The position numbers were made by a program, and so were the translations under genes. Source: Spirochaetia bacterium (GTDB lineage Bacteria; Spirochaetota; Spirochaetia; DSM-27196; Salinispiraceae). Taken from it: 64,000 nucleotides of DNA. Below are positions 28,757 to 38,880 of the stretch, in pieces. The DNA is taken from contig JBBRCZ010000003.1 of assembly GCA_038204425.1 (NCBI GenBank), positions 1 to 64,000 of the forward strand. Reading direction: 5' to 3'. Numbering within the stretch: position 1 is the first letter of the stretch; every line of letters begins with the position of its first letter. The notes below the pieces were generated by a model. The model was not told the DNA's origin. It made no database searches and saw nothing but the letters and a program-made list of their open reading frames with translations.

Positions 28757-29395
28757 ATGTTGCTGTTTGAGTTCTTAACTATTCCAATTCTTTTTGCTTT
28801 TTTGCATCTTAGCAATGGGCAGGCACTATGGCAGCAACGCTTCCGCAGGCCAATGGTAGCCGGTTTTTTTTCTTACTTTGTCAACGCCCTTTCGGTTTTG
28901 GCTCTAAGTCCATTCTTTATAACGAGTTATGATTGGGTTTCCGGTTCGCTCGTACACTTTCTTGAGAAGTTTTTCTTGCCGTTTGGCATAGCTGTAGCGA
29001 TGTTTTTGTTGCTCTTTAGAAAGAAGTCTTACCAAAGTATAGAAGACTCAAAAATAGCCTTTCGTTCCTTTCTACTTGCCTATTTGCTCCCTTTTTCTGT
29101 GCAAATAGTTATCGGTCAAGGATCAAACCCTGGTATTGAGCTGCTATTCGTAACTCCTGTCTTGTGGTCGATACTTTACATTCTTTTGCCGGTGCATTTG
29201 TCAAGGTTTGAAAAGACTAGGGTTTATCTGGTGCGTGCTTTGCTCTTAACACTGCTGATGGGGATAATGGCAACGCTCTTAACCGCTATACAATTGAATT
29301 CCCTCATAGTCACCGTTACGCTTGGCGCACTCACCCTCTTGGTATCCTTGCTGCTGCTCTCTCAACGACCGCGAGCAAAAAGTATCTTGGTTTAA
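28757..29395 (+). CDS. Integral membrane hypothetical protein
   Basis: About 6-7 hydrophobic segments. Confidence 0.6.
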   Translation: MLLFEFLTIPILFAFLHLSNGQALWQQRFRRPMVAGFFSYFVNALSVLALSPFFITSYDWVSGSLVHFLEKFFLPFGIAVAMFLLLFRKKSYQSIEDSKIAFRSFLLAYLLPFSVQIVIGQGSNPGIELLFVTPVLWSILYILLPVHLSRFEKTRVYLVRALLLTLLMGIMATLLTAIQLNSLIVTVTLGALTLLVSLLLLSQRPRAKSILV

Positions 29396-29397
29396 AC

Positions 29398-30318
29398 TTG
29401 GTTTCTATAAAACCTGTGAAATCTTCTGCATTCTCAAAGCTCTTTTTGCTCCTGGTACTAGTCATTTCTTTTAGTGCCTGCACCAAGACTATTGTCTTGG
29501 TGCAAGACGAAGTTGGCTTGCAAGTGATGAAAAGAATGAACTTTGATGCCGATGCGCTTGAGAGTCTGGTAAAACCTTTTGGCTACAAGGTGAGCCTTTT
29601 TCTTGTTGACTTGGAGACAAATTTTGAACAGGCATTTGCTGAAGGCCCGTTTGCAAATGACAATGTGGAGCTGGTAGTTTACTCACCACTGTACCTTGTA
29701 GAAGCTCGTCTTGCGCTGGAAAGATTTCCAGAGAAGCAGCATGTGGTGCTTGGTCCAGTCGAGCCAGCAAGTGGTCTGATTGGGTTCTCGTATGATGCAA
29801 GTCAAGCTTATCAAGAAATGGGAAGCTTGCTTGCACAGGGGTTGGAAAATAAAAGATACTCACGTGCCCAAGTTTTTATAGATCAGAGTGACCGGAACTC
29901 GTTCCAGAAATATCTAGATGCCTTTTATGTGGGCTTAGGGGACAAGTACAGCCGAGCCAATTCAGAGTCAATCCAAGAAACAATTTCCTTTGTCGACGGG
30001 GGTCCGGAATCACTGCCAAATCTGCTTGGCTCTGCCGTAGACTTGCTGCAGAATAACCCTGACAAGACTGTGCTTTTCGTAATTCTTGGCCAAGCAAATT
30101 TTGGCGCTTATGGCAAAACCTTGTCGGAATTCGGCGGCTACCTTTTGACTGACGCTCGGCTAAATCAGGCTGGCTTCGCATTTACTTTGGAGGCTAGGTT
30201 TGAGTTTGATTGGTCTCAAGCATTTGAAAAATTCATCAAGGAGCGTCTGAATAATAAGGCTGAAGTGTCCTTGGAACAAGCTTCTATCAATCTTAAAGCA
30301 AAACTCGTCAGGTTTTAG
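29398..30318 (+). CDS. Putative lipoprotein
   Basis: Signal peptide ending FSAC. Confidence 0.6.
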   Translation: MVSIKPVKSSAFSKLFLLLVLVISFSACTKTIVLVQDEVGLQVMKRMNFDADALESLVKPFGYKVSLFLVDLETNFEQAFAEGPFANDNVELVVYSPLYLVEARLALERFPEKQHVVLGPVEPASGLIGFSYDASQAYQEMGSLLAQGLENKRYSRAQVFIDQSDRNSFQKYLDAFYVGLGDKYSRANSESIQETISFVDGGPESLPNLLGSAVDLLQNNPDKTVLFVILGQANFGAYGKTLSEFGGYLLTDARLNQAGFAFTLEARFEFDWSQAFEKFIKERLNNKAEVSLEQASINLKAKLVRF

Positions 30319-30329
30319 GCTTAACCTGT

Positions 30330-30359
30330 TTGACAAACGATTCAAGCCGTCATTATAAT
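30330..30359 (+). promoter_or_regulatory. Sigma-70 promoter of the flaA pair
   Basis: Perfect TTGACA-N18-TATAAT. Confidence 0.85.
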
Positions 30360-30415
30360 TCATTGAAAAGCTCAATCTTCTCAGTCAAGATTGCATTAGA
30401 AACAAGGAGTAGAGA

Positions 30416-31195
30416 ATGAGACGAGGCAGCGCGCTAATTGTATGCCTGATGTTAATGAGTCTTCTCTATGTTGCTCCCGTGTTTGCGGACCGCACCACCG
30501 AGGATCTCCAGTCGCGCATTATTGAGCGATTTGATAGTCCAGACGGAAGTGGCGATGCAGGCAAGTACGAATTCCAACAGAACAACCGTTGGATAGTTCG
30601 TGGCAGCAAGTTCATTACAAAAGGTTTTCCCAAGTTTGAATGGGTAAAGACTTTCCCAAGTGCCCTCTATGCCAAGGTCCCAGAAGGGGCTGACTATCGA
30701 TCATTTGGTATACAGGCTGCATTCGATCGACAAGGCTACAACTTTTTGGAGCTGGTACCTGTTGCCGATAAAAACGCCGACAATGGTGATCCAATTCCAA
30801 AAGGCATTCCTATCCCAGGACGGATTAAAAATCTTGATATGTGGGTATGGGGATCAAACTATCGCTACTATGTGGATGTGCACTTTAGAGATTTTCAAGG
30901 TGTGATTCATGTTCTTCGAATGGGCTATGTCAACTACAAGGGTTGGAGAAATCTTCGGGTAGAGATCCCAAACGGTATTCCTCAGGACGTTGCATATTTA
31001 CCTAGTCGCCAAGGGCTGGAACTTGCTAAAATCGTGCTTTGGACTGAACCGGATGAAAAAGTAGCTGGGTTTTATGTCTATTTTGATAACATAAAGATCA
31101 TGACAGATATGTTCGAAACACCTTTTGATGGTTCTGGTCTTGGTGATGCGGAAACCATAAAAAAACTCTGGTCGTCGACCGGCGCAGGCAAATAA
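30416..31195 (+). CDS. flaA: Flagellar filament outer-layer (sheath) protein FlaA
   Basis: Signal peptide; FDRQGYN, WVWGSNY, YKGWRNL.VEIP, YVYFD. Confidence 0.88.
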   Translation: MRRGSALIVCLMLMSLLYVAPVFADRTTEDLQSRIIERFDSPDGSGDAGKYEFQQNNRWIVRGSKFITKGFPKFEWVKTFPSALYAKVPEGADYRSFGIQAAFDRQGYNFLELVPVADKNADNGDPIPKGIPIPGRIKNLDMWVWGSNYRYYVDVHFRDFQGVIHVLRMGYVNYKGWRNLRVEIPNGIPQDVAYLPSRQGLELAKIVLWTEPDEKVAGFYVYFDNIKIMTDMFETPFDGSGLGDAETIKKLWSSTGAGK

Positions 31196-31212
31196 GTAAG
31201 CGAGGCAGAAAA

Positions 31213-31917
31213 ATGAAGAAAAAATTTCTAATCGTACTGGCTCTGCTCGCTGTCACAAGCGGTATTGTGTTTGCACAAGACACAACTGCAAACCCTAATC
31301 AACTTGGGGTGGACTCTGCGCAACAGCGGCTAAAAGAGATTTCAGTAAGTAAGTTCGAAGACCCAGGTTTCTGGAGAGTAGCGATACCTTCAGACCATGG
31401 AATTATTATCCATCGACGTTTTGAGGGTAATCCACAAGACAAGCAAGCAATTGCTGCCGAAGCCGATGTAGGCATCAAAGAAGCTGACCAATATGTCTTA
31501 GGTCTTAAGGTTGAATACTACAATCGCGTAAGTACCAGTATCTCGATAGAATCCATGAGACCGTTGGCAGTACCCGGAATTACCAAGACACTGTCAATGT
31601 GGGTGGTTGGCCGTAACTTCAATCACGTACTTAAGGTAGTAATTCAGGATATATTTGGTCGCAAGGCATATATTCCATTAGGAAAGTTGAACTTTTCCGG
31701 TTGGAAGAAGATGACTGTCGCGATACCTCCTACGGTTCAGCAAAGAAACGTGCACTACAATAACTTGGTAGGAATAAAGATCTTGGGCTTCGTGTTAGAA
31801 CCTGATATGTTGCAAACCATAGGAAGTTACTTTTTGTATATGGATGATCTTCGTGTCGTAACCGACTTGTTCGCCGAAGAAAACCGCGACGCGGACGATA
31901 TCGCAGACAACTGGTAA
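31213..31917 (+). CDS. flaA: Flagellar filament outer-layer (sheath) protein FlaA paralog
   Basis: Signal peptide; WVVGRN, GKLNFSGWKKMTVAIPP, DDLRVVTDLF. Confidence 0.88.
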   Translation: MKKKFLIVLALLAVTSGIVFAQDTTANPNQLGVDSAQQRLKEISVSKFEDPGFWRVAIPSDHGIIIHRRFEGNPQDKQAIAAEADVGIKEADQYVLGLKVEYYNRVSTSISIESMRPLAVPGITKTLSMWVVGRNFNHVLKVVIQDIFGRKAYIPLGKLNFSGWKKMTVAIPPTVQQRNVHYNNLVGIKILGFVLEPDMLQTIGSYFLYMDDLRVVTDLFAEENRDADDIADNW

Positions 31918-31939
31918 GAAGAAACGCAACTGTGTTGAA

Positions 31940-32010
31940 TGTCGGCTATCGTCGACAGTGCAAAACGGTCGGAGCATCCGACGGTGCAAAACGGTCGGAA
32001 TGTTCCGACT
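31940..32010. repeat. Tandem array of three GTCGG...(C/T)CGAC hairpins with GTGCAAAACG-containing linkers
   Basis: tgtcggctatcgtcgaca gtgcaaaacg gtcggagcatccgac ggtgcaaaacg gtcggaatgttccgac. Confidence 0.8.
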
Positions 32011-32016
32011 GTACCA

Positions 32017-32042
32017 AAAAGCCGGCAATAGCCGGCTTTTTT
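32017..32042 (+). terminator. Rho-independent terminator after flaA, with A and T runs on either side
   Basis: AAAAGCCGGC-AATA-GCCGGCTTTTTT. Confidence 0.9.
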
Positions 32043-32088
32043 ATTGTTCTTAGCAGCCGTCTGCGCTATAGTGCTCAACGGAGAGCCA

Positions 32089-33258
32089 ATGTCGGATTAT
32101 TTTGATTTCTTGCGGCAAGTGTATTTTTTTAAAGATCTGAGTGACGACGATGTAAGCTTTGTAGCTGGCTATGGGACTACTGAGGTCCATGACAAAGACA
32201 CCATCTTGTTCAACGAAAAAGATTCTGCCGAAAAATTCTATGTCGTACTTCATGGATCAGTTTGCATCTGGAAGAATTATGGCGAGGAAAATCCGGTTAT
32301 GCTGACTGTTCAAGGCCGCGGACATATATTTGGGGAAATGGCATTGGTTGACGACTTGGATCGCAGTGCAACAGTGATAACCCACGAGGCATCTGAGTTT
32401 ATTGTATTTAATCATAGAGACTTTGAAGTGATGATGCATGAACGTAGTAGTGTTATGTTTTCCATACTGAGGTCACTTTCCAGAATGGTACGTGAATCCA
32501 GTGACGTATATATTCAAAGTCTCAATCTTCATAATGAGCAGCTCCAAAAAGCCTACCAAGAACTAAAGGAAACACAGGCCGAGCTTATTCGCGCCGAAAG
32601 ATTTTCTTCGATTGGCAAGTTTGCGTCGTTTATCTTGCATGATTTACGCAACCCAATAGCGATGATCCGTGGTTATGGTGAAATGCTGATTTTAGAGTCG
32701 GCGACTGATTCCTCTATTGCCGGCTACGCAAAAAAAGTTGTTTTTGAAGCTGATCATGTTAACCAATTCGCCAACGAACTGTTGGACTTTAGCCGTGGCG
32801 AGATTCGTCTAAACTATGCACTTTTAAGTCTTGATTCATTTTTTGTTAAACTTGAGCAGTACCTAAGAGATGCCTTTGCTCGTAGAGGGATTAGCTTAGA
32901 AACGGAAATAGCATGCTCGCGCAAGGTAATGCTTGATGAAGAACGTCTATTGAGGGCGGTTATCAATATCGCTGATAACTCTCGCAAGGCTAGTAGTCGT
33001 GGCGGGATAGTGAGCATAAAGGCCGAAGAGCACCAAGACCAACTGCGAATAAGTGTTGCGGACAAGGGCGAAGGAATGAGTGAAGAGGTGCTCTCCAAAA
33101 TATTTGAACCATTTTATTCCAGTTCCAAAAGCGGAGGCACGGGACTCGGGATGTTGGTTGTTAAACACGTCGTTGAGGCGCACCAAGGTACTATCGACGT
33201 CTGGTCAGAACCGGGTAGAGGTACAATTGTAAGTTTGACGTTGCCATTTGTTCCCTAG
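32089..33258 (+). CDS. Cytoplasmic histidine kinase with N-terminal cyclic-nucleotide-binding domain
   Basis: FGEMALVD...RSATV (cNMP domain); HDLRNP H-box; NIADN, DKGEG, GGTGLG. Confidence 0.9.
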   Translation: MSDYFDFLRQVYFFKDLSDDDVSFVAGYGTTEVHDKDTILFNEKDSAEKFYVVLHGSVCIWKNYGEENPVMLTVQGRGHIFGEMALVDDLDRSATVITHEASEFIVFNHRDFEVMMHERSSVMFSILRSLSRMVRESSDVYIQSLNLHNEQLQKAYQELKETQAELIRAERFSSIGKFASFILHDLRNPIAMIRGYGEMLILESATDSSIAGYAKKVVFEADHVNQFANELLDFSRGEIRLNYALLSLDSFFVKLEQYLRDAFARRGISLETEIACSRKVMLDEERLLRAVINIADNSRKASSRGGIVSIKAEEHQDQLRISVADKGEGMSEEVLSKIFEPFYSSSKSGGTGLGMLVVKHVVEAHQGTIDVWSEPGRGTIVSLTLPFVP

Positions 33259-33268
33259 GTACGTAGGG

Positions 33269-34093
33269 CTAAGTCGCCGCTATTGAACGAGCAACTAAGG
33301 CTGAGTAATTCTCTTGTATTTGGAGCGCAAAATCATCTACTGAAATGTTCTTTAAACCAGCAATAGTCTGGTAAACGGACAAAACATTGCATGGGTTGTT
33401 AGGCTTTGATCTCAGCCTCTGAGGGCTTAGGTAAGGTGAGTCTGTTTCGCAAAGCAGTGATTCTGTGGGAAGAAAACCCGCAATGTCTCTGAGATTCTGC
33501 GCGCTTGGATAAGTGATGTTAGCTGCAAAGCTAATAAAGAAGCCTTGGTCGATGAGTTCAATCGCCATCGCTTGACCTGCTGAAAAACAATGAAGTATGC
33601 CTCCGTGGACTGCTGGTACTTCTCGCAGGGCTTGCAAGACAAGATCTTGTGCCTCTCGATTGTGGATTATGATAGGTAAACCAAATTTATTTGCAAGCCT
33701 AATTTGTGCCTTAAAGACAGCGAGCTGGACTTCAATGTTTTCTGCGTTTCTAACTAGATCGATACCAATTTCGCCAAGTGCGACAAGCTTCTGAAGACTG
33801 TTGTTGTCTTTGGCAAGCCGTAAAACGTCTTCTAGACTCTCAATGTACTCGTCAAATGGTTCTTCGTGGGCATGGCAAGGGTGAATGCCAAGACTAAAGT
33901 GTTGAATGCCAAATCGTCGGCACAATTCCATACGTTCTTGGTAGTCAGAAGGGTAAACACCCACATCGAGGCAGTGTAAGTCTGTTCCGTCGTCGTCTTT
34001 TAGTAAACGGCGAAGTTTCTCAAAGCTGTCTAACAAACCTGGATCTTTTTTTTGCATAGAGTGTAGGTGAATGTGAGAATCAATTACTAACAT
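33269..34093 (-). CDS. tatD: TatD family DNase
   Basis: DSHIH, GEIGID, IIHNRE, HCFS, ETDSPYL. Confidence 0.92.
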   Translation of the reverse strand: MLVIDSHIHLHSMQKKDPGLLDSFEKLRRLLKDDDGTDLHCLDVGVYPSDYQERMELCRRFGIQHFSLGIHPCHAHEEPFDEYIESLEDVLRLAKDNNSLQKLVALGEIGIDLVRNAENIEVQLAVFKAQIRLANKFGLPIIIHNREAQDLVLQALREVPAVHGGILHCFSAGQAMAIELIDQGFFISFAANITYPSAQNLRDIAGFLPTESLLCETDSPYLSPQRLRSKPNNPCNVLSVYQTIAGLKNISVDDFALQIQENYSALVARSIAAT

Positions 34094-34152
34094 TGGTTCA
34101 ATGCTGGCACGCCTGTGCTTGGATGTCAAGCTTTGCCCGCACTCTGTGGGCG

Positions 34153-34181
34153 TTGACCGGATGGGGTACATCGGATAAGAT
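34153..34181 (+). promoter_or_regulatory. Sigma-70 promoter of tRNA-Leu
   Basis: TTGACC-N17-TAAGAT, 9 nt before the tRNA. Confidence 0.7.
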
Positions 34182-34190
34182 GCTTGTCAC

Positions 34191-34277
34191 GCCGGAGTGG
34201 TGAAATGGTAGACACAGGGGACTTAAAATCCCCCGCAACCTTAAAAGTGCGTGGCAGTTCAAGTCTGCTCTCCGGCA
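34191..34277 (+). tRNA. tRNA-Leu (anticodon TAA); CCA not encoded
   Basis: Acceptor stem GCCGGAG/CTCCGGC, D loop TGGTAGAC, anticodon arm GGGGA-CTTAAAA-TCCCC, long variable arm, T loop TTCAAGT. Confidence 0.95.
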
Positions 34278-34313
34278 ATACACCATAAATATTGATGGCA
34301 ATTTAAGCCCTGA

Positions 34314-36452
34314 CTAGGTCGCTGCATTGTCTGTTTCTTTTGGAAACTGGGACTTTAACTTAGCAAAAAAATCGACCGCCAAATCCTCTTCTGCTATTTT
34401 TTGTTCTGGAACCTTGGATTCAATAAGGTGAGCTGATATTTCTTGCAAAAAGGGTGACAGGGCTGAATCGACAGTCTGGCGCATGACGGTGCGCTGGCGA
34501 CAACTGGTCATGATGAGTTTCTGTTGAGCCCTTGTGATTGCCACATAGAACAGGCGTCGTTCTTCCTCCATGTTTGAATCATAGTCCCCTTCTTCGTTTT
34601 CCATTAAAGAGCGCTTGTGAGGAATGATACCGTCTTCTACCCCAGCTAAAAAAACCACCTTAAATTCTAGGCCCTTGGAGGCATGGATGGTCATAAGGTT
34701 AACTTTTCCCTTGATTTGGTCATCTTCTTGCTCGTCATGGTTTTGCAGGCTAACACGGTTGAGATAAGTAAAGACCGAAGTAGGGTGGTTGTCTGGATTT
34801 TTTTCGTACTGCTCTAAACTAGAACAAAAGATTTCAACATTGTGAAATCGCCATTTTGCGATCTTTTCATTGTTTTGAAACTCTTGTACTAGGTGGGGCC
34901 AGTAGTCAATTTCATGAACCATCAGTCGCAGGGTGTCAGCCATTTTCTTTCCAGACAGAAACTTTGGTCGATAGGTGTCAATTAGGTCCGAAAAATCCAT
35001 CAAGGATTGATAAGCTAGCTTGCTCATGCCGGACTCGGATTGACCGGCCAGTAAGTCTATCGGCGTGTCCTCAAAGGCTTCAAAGAGCGAGGGACCTGAT
35101 TCTCTGTAGCGTAACAGGGCTGCCTCCTGACCCATCTTTTTAAGATCTAAGAGTGCACCATAGAGCGATGATTGGTGAGTCATAGCAAGACCTGTGAGTG
35201 CTTCAATACTTTTTTTCCCAACGCCTCGCTTTGGAGTATTGATGATTCGTAAAAAGCTCACATCATCATCTGGATTGCAAATGATCCTCAGGTAACTAAT
35301 CATGTCTTTGATCTCAGGACGCTGAAAAAATGATGTGCCGCCAGATAGTCGATAAGGTAGGTTTTTTGCCATAAAGGATTCTTCGATGTGGCGAGCTAAA
35401 CTATTGGTTCTAATCAGGACGCCAACATCATCATAGGTCAAGGACTCTCTCAAGCAGATTTCCTTAATGGTGTCGGCGATAAATTCTGCTTCTTCTGTTT
35501 CAGTGCCGAGGTGGTATAGCTCAACAAGATTACCACTTCCGGCCGGGGTCCAAAGTGCTTTGATCTTCCTGTTCTTGTTGTTGGCAATCACATTGTTAGC
35601 AGCTTCTAGGATGGTGCCTGTAGAACGATAGTTTTGCTCAAGGCGAATTTCTTTGAGCTCCGAAAAGTCCTTCTCAAAATTTTGGATGTTTTCAAAATTG
35701 GCACCTCGCCAGCTGTAAATGGATTGGTCATCGTCACCCACAACGCAGATATTGCGACTACCTAGAGCAATCTGTTTCATAAACTCATACTGTCCAAGAC
35801 TGGTGTCTTGAAACTCGTCGACTAGGATGTACCGGTATTGTTCTCGGTAGGTCAAAAGAACGTCAGGGTGCTTCTCAAAGAGTATGGTTGGCAGGGTGAT
35901 TAAGTCATCAAAGTCGACAGCGTTGTAGAGCAAGAGGTGACTTTGGTACTCAGCATATATTTTCTGCGCGTGTGGGTCATCGAGTTCTTTCCAATTTGTT
36001 CGTTTAGTTTTGATGCGAGAAAAGTTTGATATCAAACGATTATAGTCCAGCTCATCACTATAAAGACCTGCGGAACGGGCCGATTCTTTGATTAGACTGA
36101 GTTGGTCGCTGGTGTCATAGATAGAAAAATTGTCTCTAAAACCTAGTTTTTTGGCGTGTTTTTTTAGAATTTGAACGCCAAAAGCATGAAAGGTAGACAC
36201 ATTTAATTGTTGAAGTTTTTTCCTAGTGAGTGCAACTACACGCTCTTGCATTTCTCTGGCAGCTTTATTGGTGAATGTTAGTGCCAAAATGGCGCTTTGA
36301 GGAATGCCATGCGCCAAAATGTTGGCTATGCGATAGGTAATTACCCTTGTCTTACCGCTGCCGGCCCCGGCAATTATCAAGAGTGGACCTTCTATGGTCT
36401 TTACCGCATCGGATTGTTCAGGATTGAGTTGATTATCAAGGTCGCTTAACAT
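34314..36452 (-). CDS. UvrD/PcrA/Rep SF1 DNA helicase
   Basis: AGAGSGKT, DEFQD, GDDDQSIYSWRGA, TIHASKGLEF, EERRLFYVAITRA. Confidence 0.95.
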   Translation of the reverse strand: MLSDLDNQLNPEQSDAVKTIEGPLLIIAGAGSGKTRVITYRIANILAHGIPQSAILALTFTNKAAREMQERVVALTRKKLQQLNVSTFHAFGVQILKKHAKKLGFRDNFSIYDTSDQLSLIKESARSAGLYSDELDYNRLISNFSRIKTKRTNWKELDDPHAQKIYAEYQSHLLLYNAVDFDDLITLPTILFEKHPDVLLTYREQYRYILVDEFQDTSLGQYEFMKQIALGSRNICVVGDDDQSIYSWRGANFENIQNFEKDFSELKEIRLEQNYRSTGTILEAANNVIANNKNRKIKALWTPAGSGNLVELYHLGTETEEAEFIADTIKEICLRESLTYDDVGVLIRTNSLARHIEESFMAKNLPYRLSGGTSFFQRPEIKDMISYLRIICNPDDDVSFLRIINTPKRGVGKKSIEALTGLAMTHQSSLYGALLDLKKMGQEAALLRYRESGPSLFEAFEDTPIDLLAGQSESGMSKLAYQSLMDFSDLIDTYRPKFLSGKKMADTLRLMVHEIDYWPHLVQEFQNNEKIAKWRFHNVEIFCSSLEQYEKNPDNHPTSVFTYLNRVSLQNHDEQEDDQIKGKVNLMTIHASKGLEFKVVFLAGVEDGIIPHKRSLMENEEGDYDSNMEEERRLFYVAITRAQQKLIMTSCRQRTVMRQTVDSALSPFLQEISAHLIESKVPEQKIAEEDLAVDFFAKLKSQFPKETDNAAT

Positions 36453-36696
36453 GTGGTCCTTTGTTGGGCTTACTTTAGCAAACTGGCAGAACTTGACTAG
36501 CCTAGCGCCAGTACAATATAGCACTTTTACTGCTTCTCGCAAGACTACCGTAGCACTCCTAGCTGCTGATCTTGCATGAGGCGACCGTAAAGGAGCATGT
36601 CGGTTTTGGCTTACATTAGTTTTAAAAATGACCTATAAAGTAAGGGTAGCACGCTGGTATTGATTTACGAAAAATATAGACAGGGAGATTCAAATA

Positions 36697-38460
36697 ATGG
36701 ACAAAGAACTGCTTAAAAAAAAGGCGCAAAACTACATTGATTGGGAGACACACCAAGGCTTTCGCAAGGAGGTCGAAGAACTAGTAGCCAGTGGCAATTT
36801 TGATGAGCTGCACGAACGCTTTTATACTGAGCTTAGTTTTGGAACCGGTGGTATTAGGGGCGTGATGGGTGGTGGCTTTAATCGTATGAATACCTTTATG
36901 GTACAGCGAGCTTCTGAGGGTTTGGCACGCTATGTGGATAAGCACGGTAGTCTGGATCATGATTCCAAGCGATCAATAGTCATAGCCTATGACTCGCGCA
37001 ACAACTCCGAATTGTTTGCAAAAAATGCAGCTGAAGTTTTCTGTGCTCATGGTATAGCCGTAAAAATATTTCGTGCTCTAAGGCCAACACCACAACTCAG
37101 TTTCGCTGTAAGAAAACTTGGCGCGAGCGCTGGTATCGTTGTAACGGCCAGTCACAATCCAAAGAAATATAATGGCTATAAAGTCTATTGGAATGATGGT
37201 GGTCAAGTTGTCCCACCCCATGACCAAGGAATTATTGATACGGTACAAGAAGTACAAAATTCTATCAAAAGCATGGAGTTTGAGACTGCAGAAAAACAGG
37301 GTCTGATCACATGGCTTGGTGATGAAATGGATGAGTCGTTTTTGGAAATGGTGATGCAACAAAGCCTTCGCAAAGATCTTTTTGAGAAGTCTAGCAGCAT
37401 GCCAGTGGTGTTTACGCCCCTGCACGGAACAGGATACACACTCGTCCAGCCGCTGGCAAAAAAGTTGGGCATAGACTTAAAGGTAGTTGCGTCACAAGCA
37501 AAGGCTGACGGTGATTTTCCAACGGTCACCTACCCAAACCCAGAAGAGGCGAGTGCGCTCAAACTCGCTATTGACCAAGCGCGACAACAGTCTGCTGCCT
37601 TAGTGCTTGGTACCGACCCCGACGCCGACCGCATTGGTATTGCAGTTGCGCACAACAATGACTTTGTCTTGCTTAATGGTAACCAACATGGCGTGCTGCT
37701 TGTTGACTACTATTTTTCTACACTGCAAGAACTTGGTAGGCTTCCTGACAGGCCAGTCTTTATCAACACTATTGTTACTACCGAGCTTCAAAGAGTTATT
37801 GCAAAAAGCTATGGGGCTGATGTTTACCAAACTTTGACTGGATTTAAGTGGATTGCTGCCAAAATGAAAGAACTGGAAAAGCCGGGAGCTGGCGATTTTG
37901 TCATGGGCGACGAAGAAAGCTATGGTTTTTTGATTGGCGACCAAGTGCGAGACAAGGACGCCATCACCGCAACATTGATAACTCTTGAGATGGCACTTTA
38001 CCATCATTCTCAAGGAAAGACTTTAATCGACCGACTCAATGAAATTTACAAAAAATATGGATTCTATCAAGAAATTCAGATTTCAAAAGAGTTTGAAGGT
38101 TCTGAAGGCTCAGCCAAAATTGCTGCTTTGATGGCCAGACTGCGCAGCAATGTACCTCAATCCTTGGGTGGGGTAGAGGTGGCTTTACTTCGCGATATTA
38201 AAGATGGGACTAGTTTTACGCTGGCAACCAAGCAGCGTCTTTTTGACATTGATCTTCCTTCCAGTGATGTTTTGCAGTTTGTCCTGAGCGACGGTAGTAT
38301 CATTAGCGCCCGTCCTTCCGGGACCGAGCCCAAGATAAAATTTTATGCCTCGGTGGCGGCTGGTCCCGGTCGCGAACTTGCTGAAGCAGAGTCACTGGTT
38401 AAGGCAAAGATTGTCAAAATTGGCAGTGACATTGAAGCGATAATTGCTGAGATTGCTTGA
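36697..38460 (+). CDS. pgm: Phosphoglucomutase/phosphomannomutase
   Basis: FGTGG, TASHNP, DPDADR, EESYG, RPSGTEPKIK. Confidence 0.92.
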   Translation: MDKELLKKKAQNYIDWETHQGFRKEVEELVASGNFDELHERFYTELSFGTGGIRGVMGGGFNRMNTFMVQRASEGLARYVDKHGSLDHDSKRSIVIAYDSRNNSELFAKNAAEVFCAHGIAVKIFRALRPTPQLSFAVRKLGASAGIVVTASHNPKKYNGYKVYWNDGGQVVPPHDQGIIDTVQEVQNSIKSMEFETAEKQGLITWLGDEMDESFLEMVMQQSLRKDLFEKSSSMPVVFTPLHGTGYTLVQPLAKKLGIDLKVVASQAKADGDFPTVTYPNPEEASALKLAIDQARQQSAALVLGTDPDADRIGIAVAHNNDFVLLNGNQHGVLLVDYYFSTLQELGRLPDRPVFINTIVTTELQRVIAKSYGADVYQTLTGFKWIAAKMKELEKPGAGDFVMGDEESYGFLIGDQVRDKDAITATLITLEMALYHHSQGKTLIDRLNEIYKKYGFYQEIQISKEFEGSEGSAKIAALMARLRSNVPQSLGGVEVALLRDIKDGTSFTLATKQRLFDIDLPSSDVLQFVLSDGSIISARPSGTEPKIKFYASVAAGPGRELAEAESLVKAKIVKIGSDIEAIIAEIA

Positions 38461-38490
38461 TTAGCGATACTATGATACTAGCCACTAATG

Positions 38491-38796
38491 TCAAAAAGCA
38501 GGGCGATTGGCAAAGCGTCTTCGTCGAGCTGCGCGAACTTCGGCCATAAGTTCGCGTGCCTTGCTTTCTTCTAATGTTCCTTGACTTATGCGCCCATCAA
38601 GCTCTTCGATGTATCGTTCGTCAAATCGATAGAGTTGATCGCCAAGGGCGCCCGACCAAATTTGGTCGCTTAGCTGACGAGGCTCGTTTAGCATTGCGAG
38701 TAGGTCGTCGGTGATCCTCAACGAGCAGTACCAGCGGAAGTCGTCGATTTCTAAGTCAAATTCTTGCATCAGTATTTTAATTGTTGGACAGGGCAT
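38491..38796 (-). CDS. Small hypothetical protein (probable start MPCPTI)
   Basis: Compact helical ORF; upstream TTGACA lies at promoter distance from ATG 38796. Confidence 0.55.
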   Translation of the reverse strand: MPCPTIKILMQEFDLEIDDFRWYCSLRITDDLLAMLNEPRQLSDQIWSGALGDQLYRFDERYIEELDGRISQGTLEESKARELMAEVRAARRRRFANRPAF

Positions 38797-38880
38797 GGGC
38801 CTATGCTTACGTGCTATCGACTCTATTGTCAAGCTCGAGACGCTTGTCCATGCTAAGGCACTTGTGCTACTACTGCTCTC

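Noticed and set aside
31940..32010. Mini CRISPR array or CsrB-like sponge
   Set aside because: The period is only about 26 nt with no spacer-length unique sequence and no cas genes; the GGA triplets sit in stems, not loops.
34191..34313. Integrated element at tRNA-Leu
   Set aside because: No integrase, no duplicated tRNA 3' end noticed, and both flanks are core genes.
36453..36696. glmS ribozyme or riboswitch upstream of pgm
   Set aside because: AGCGCCAG is present but the GACGAGG core and downstream elements are absent; likely just divergent promoters.
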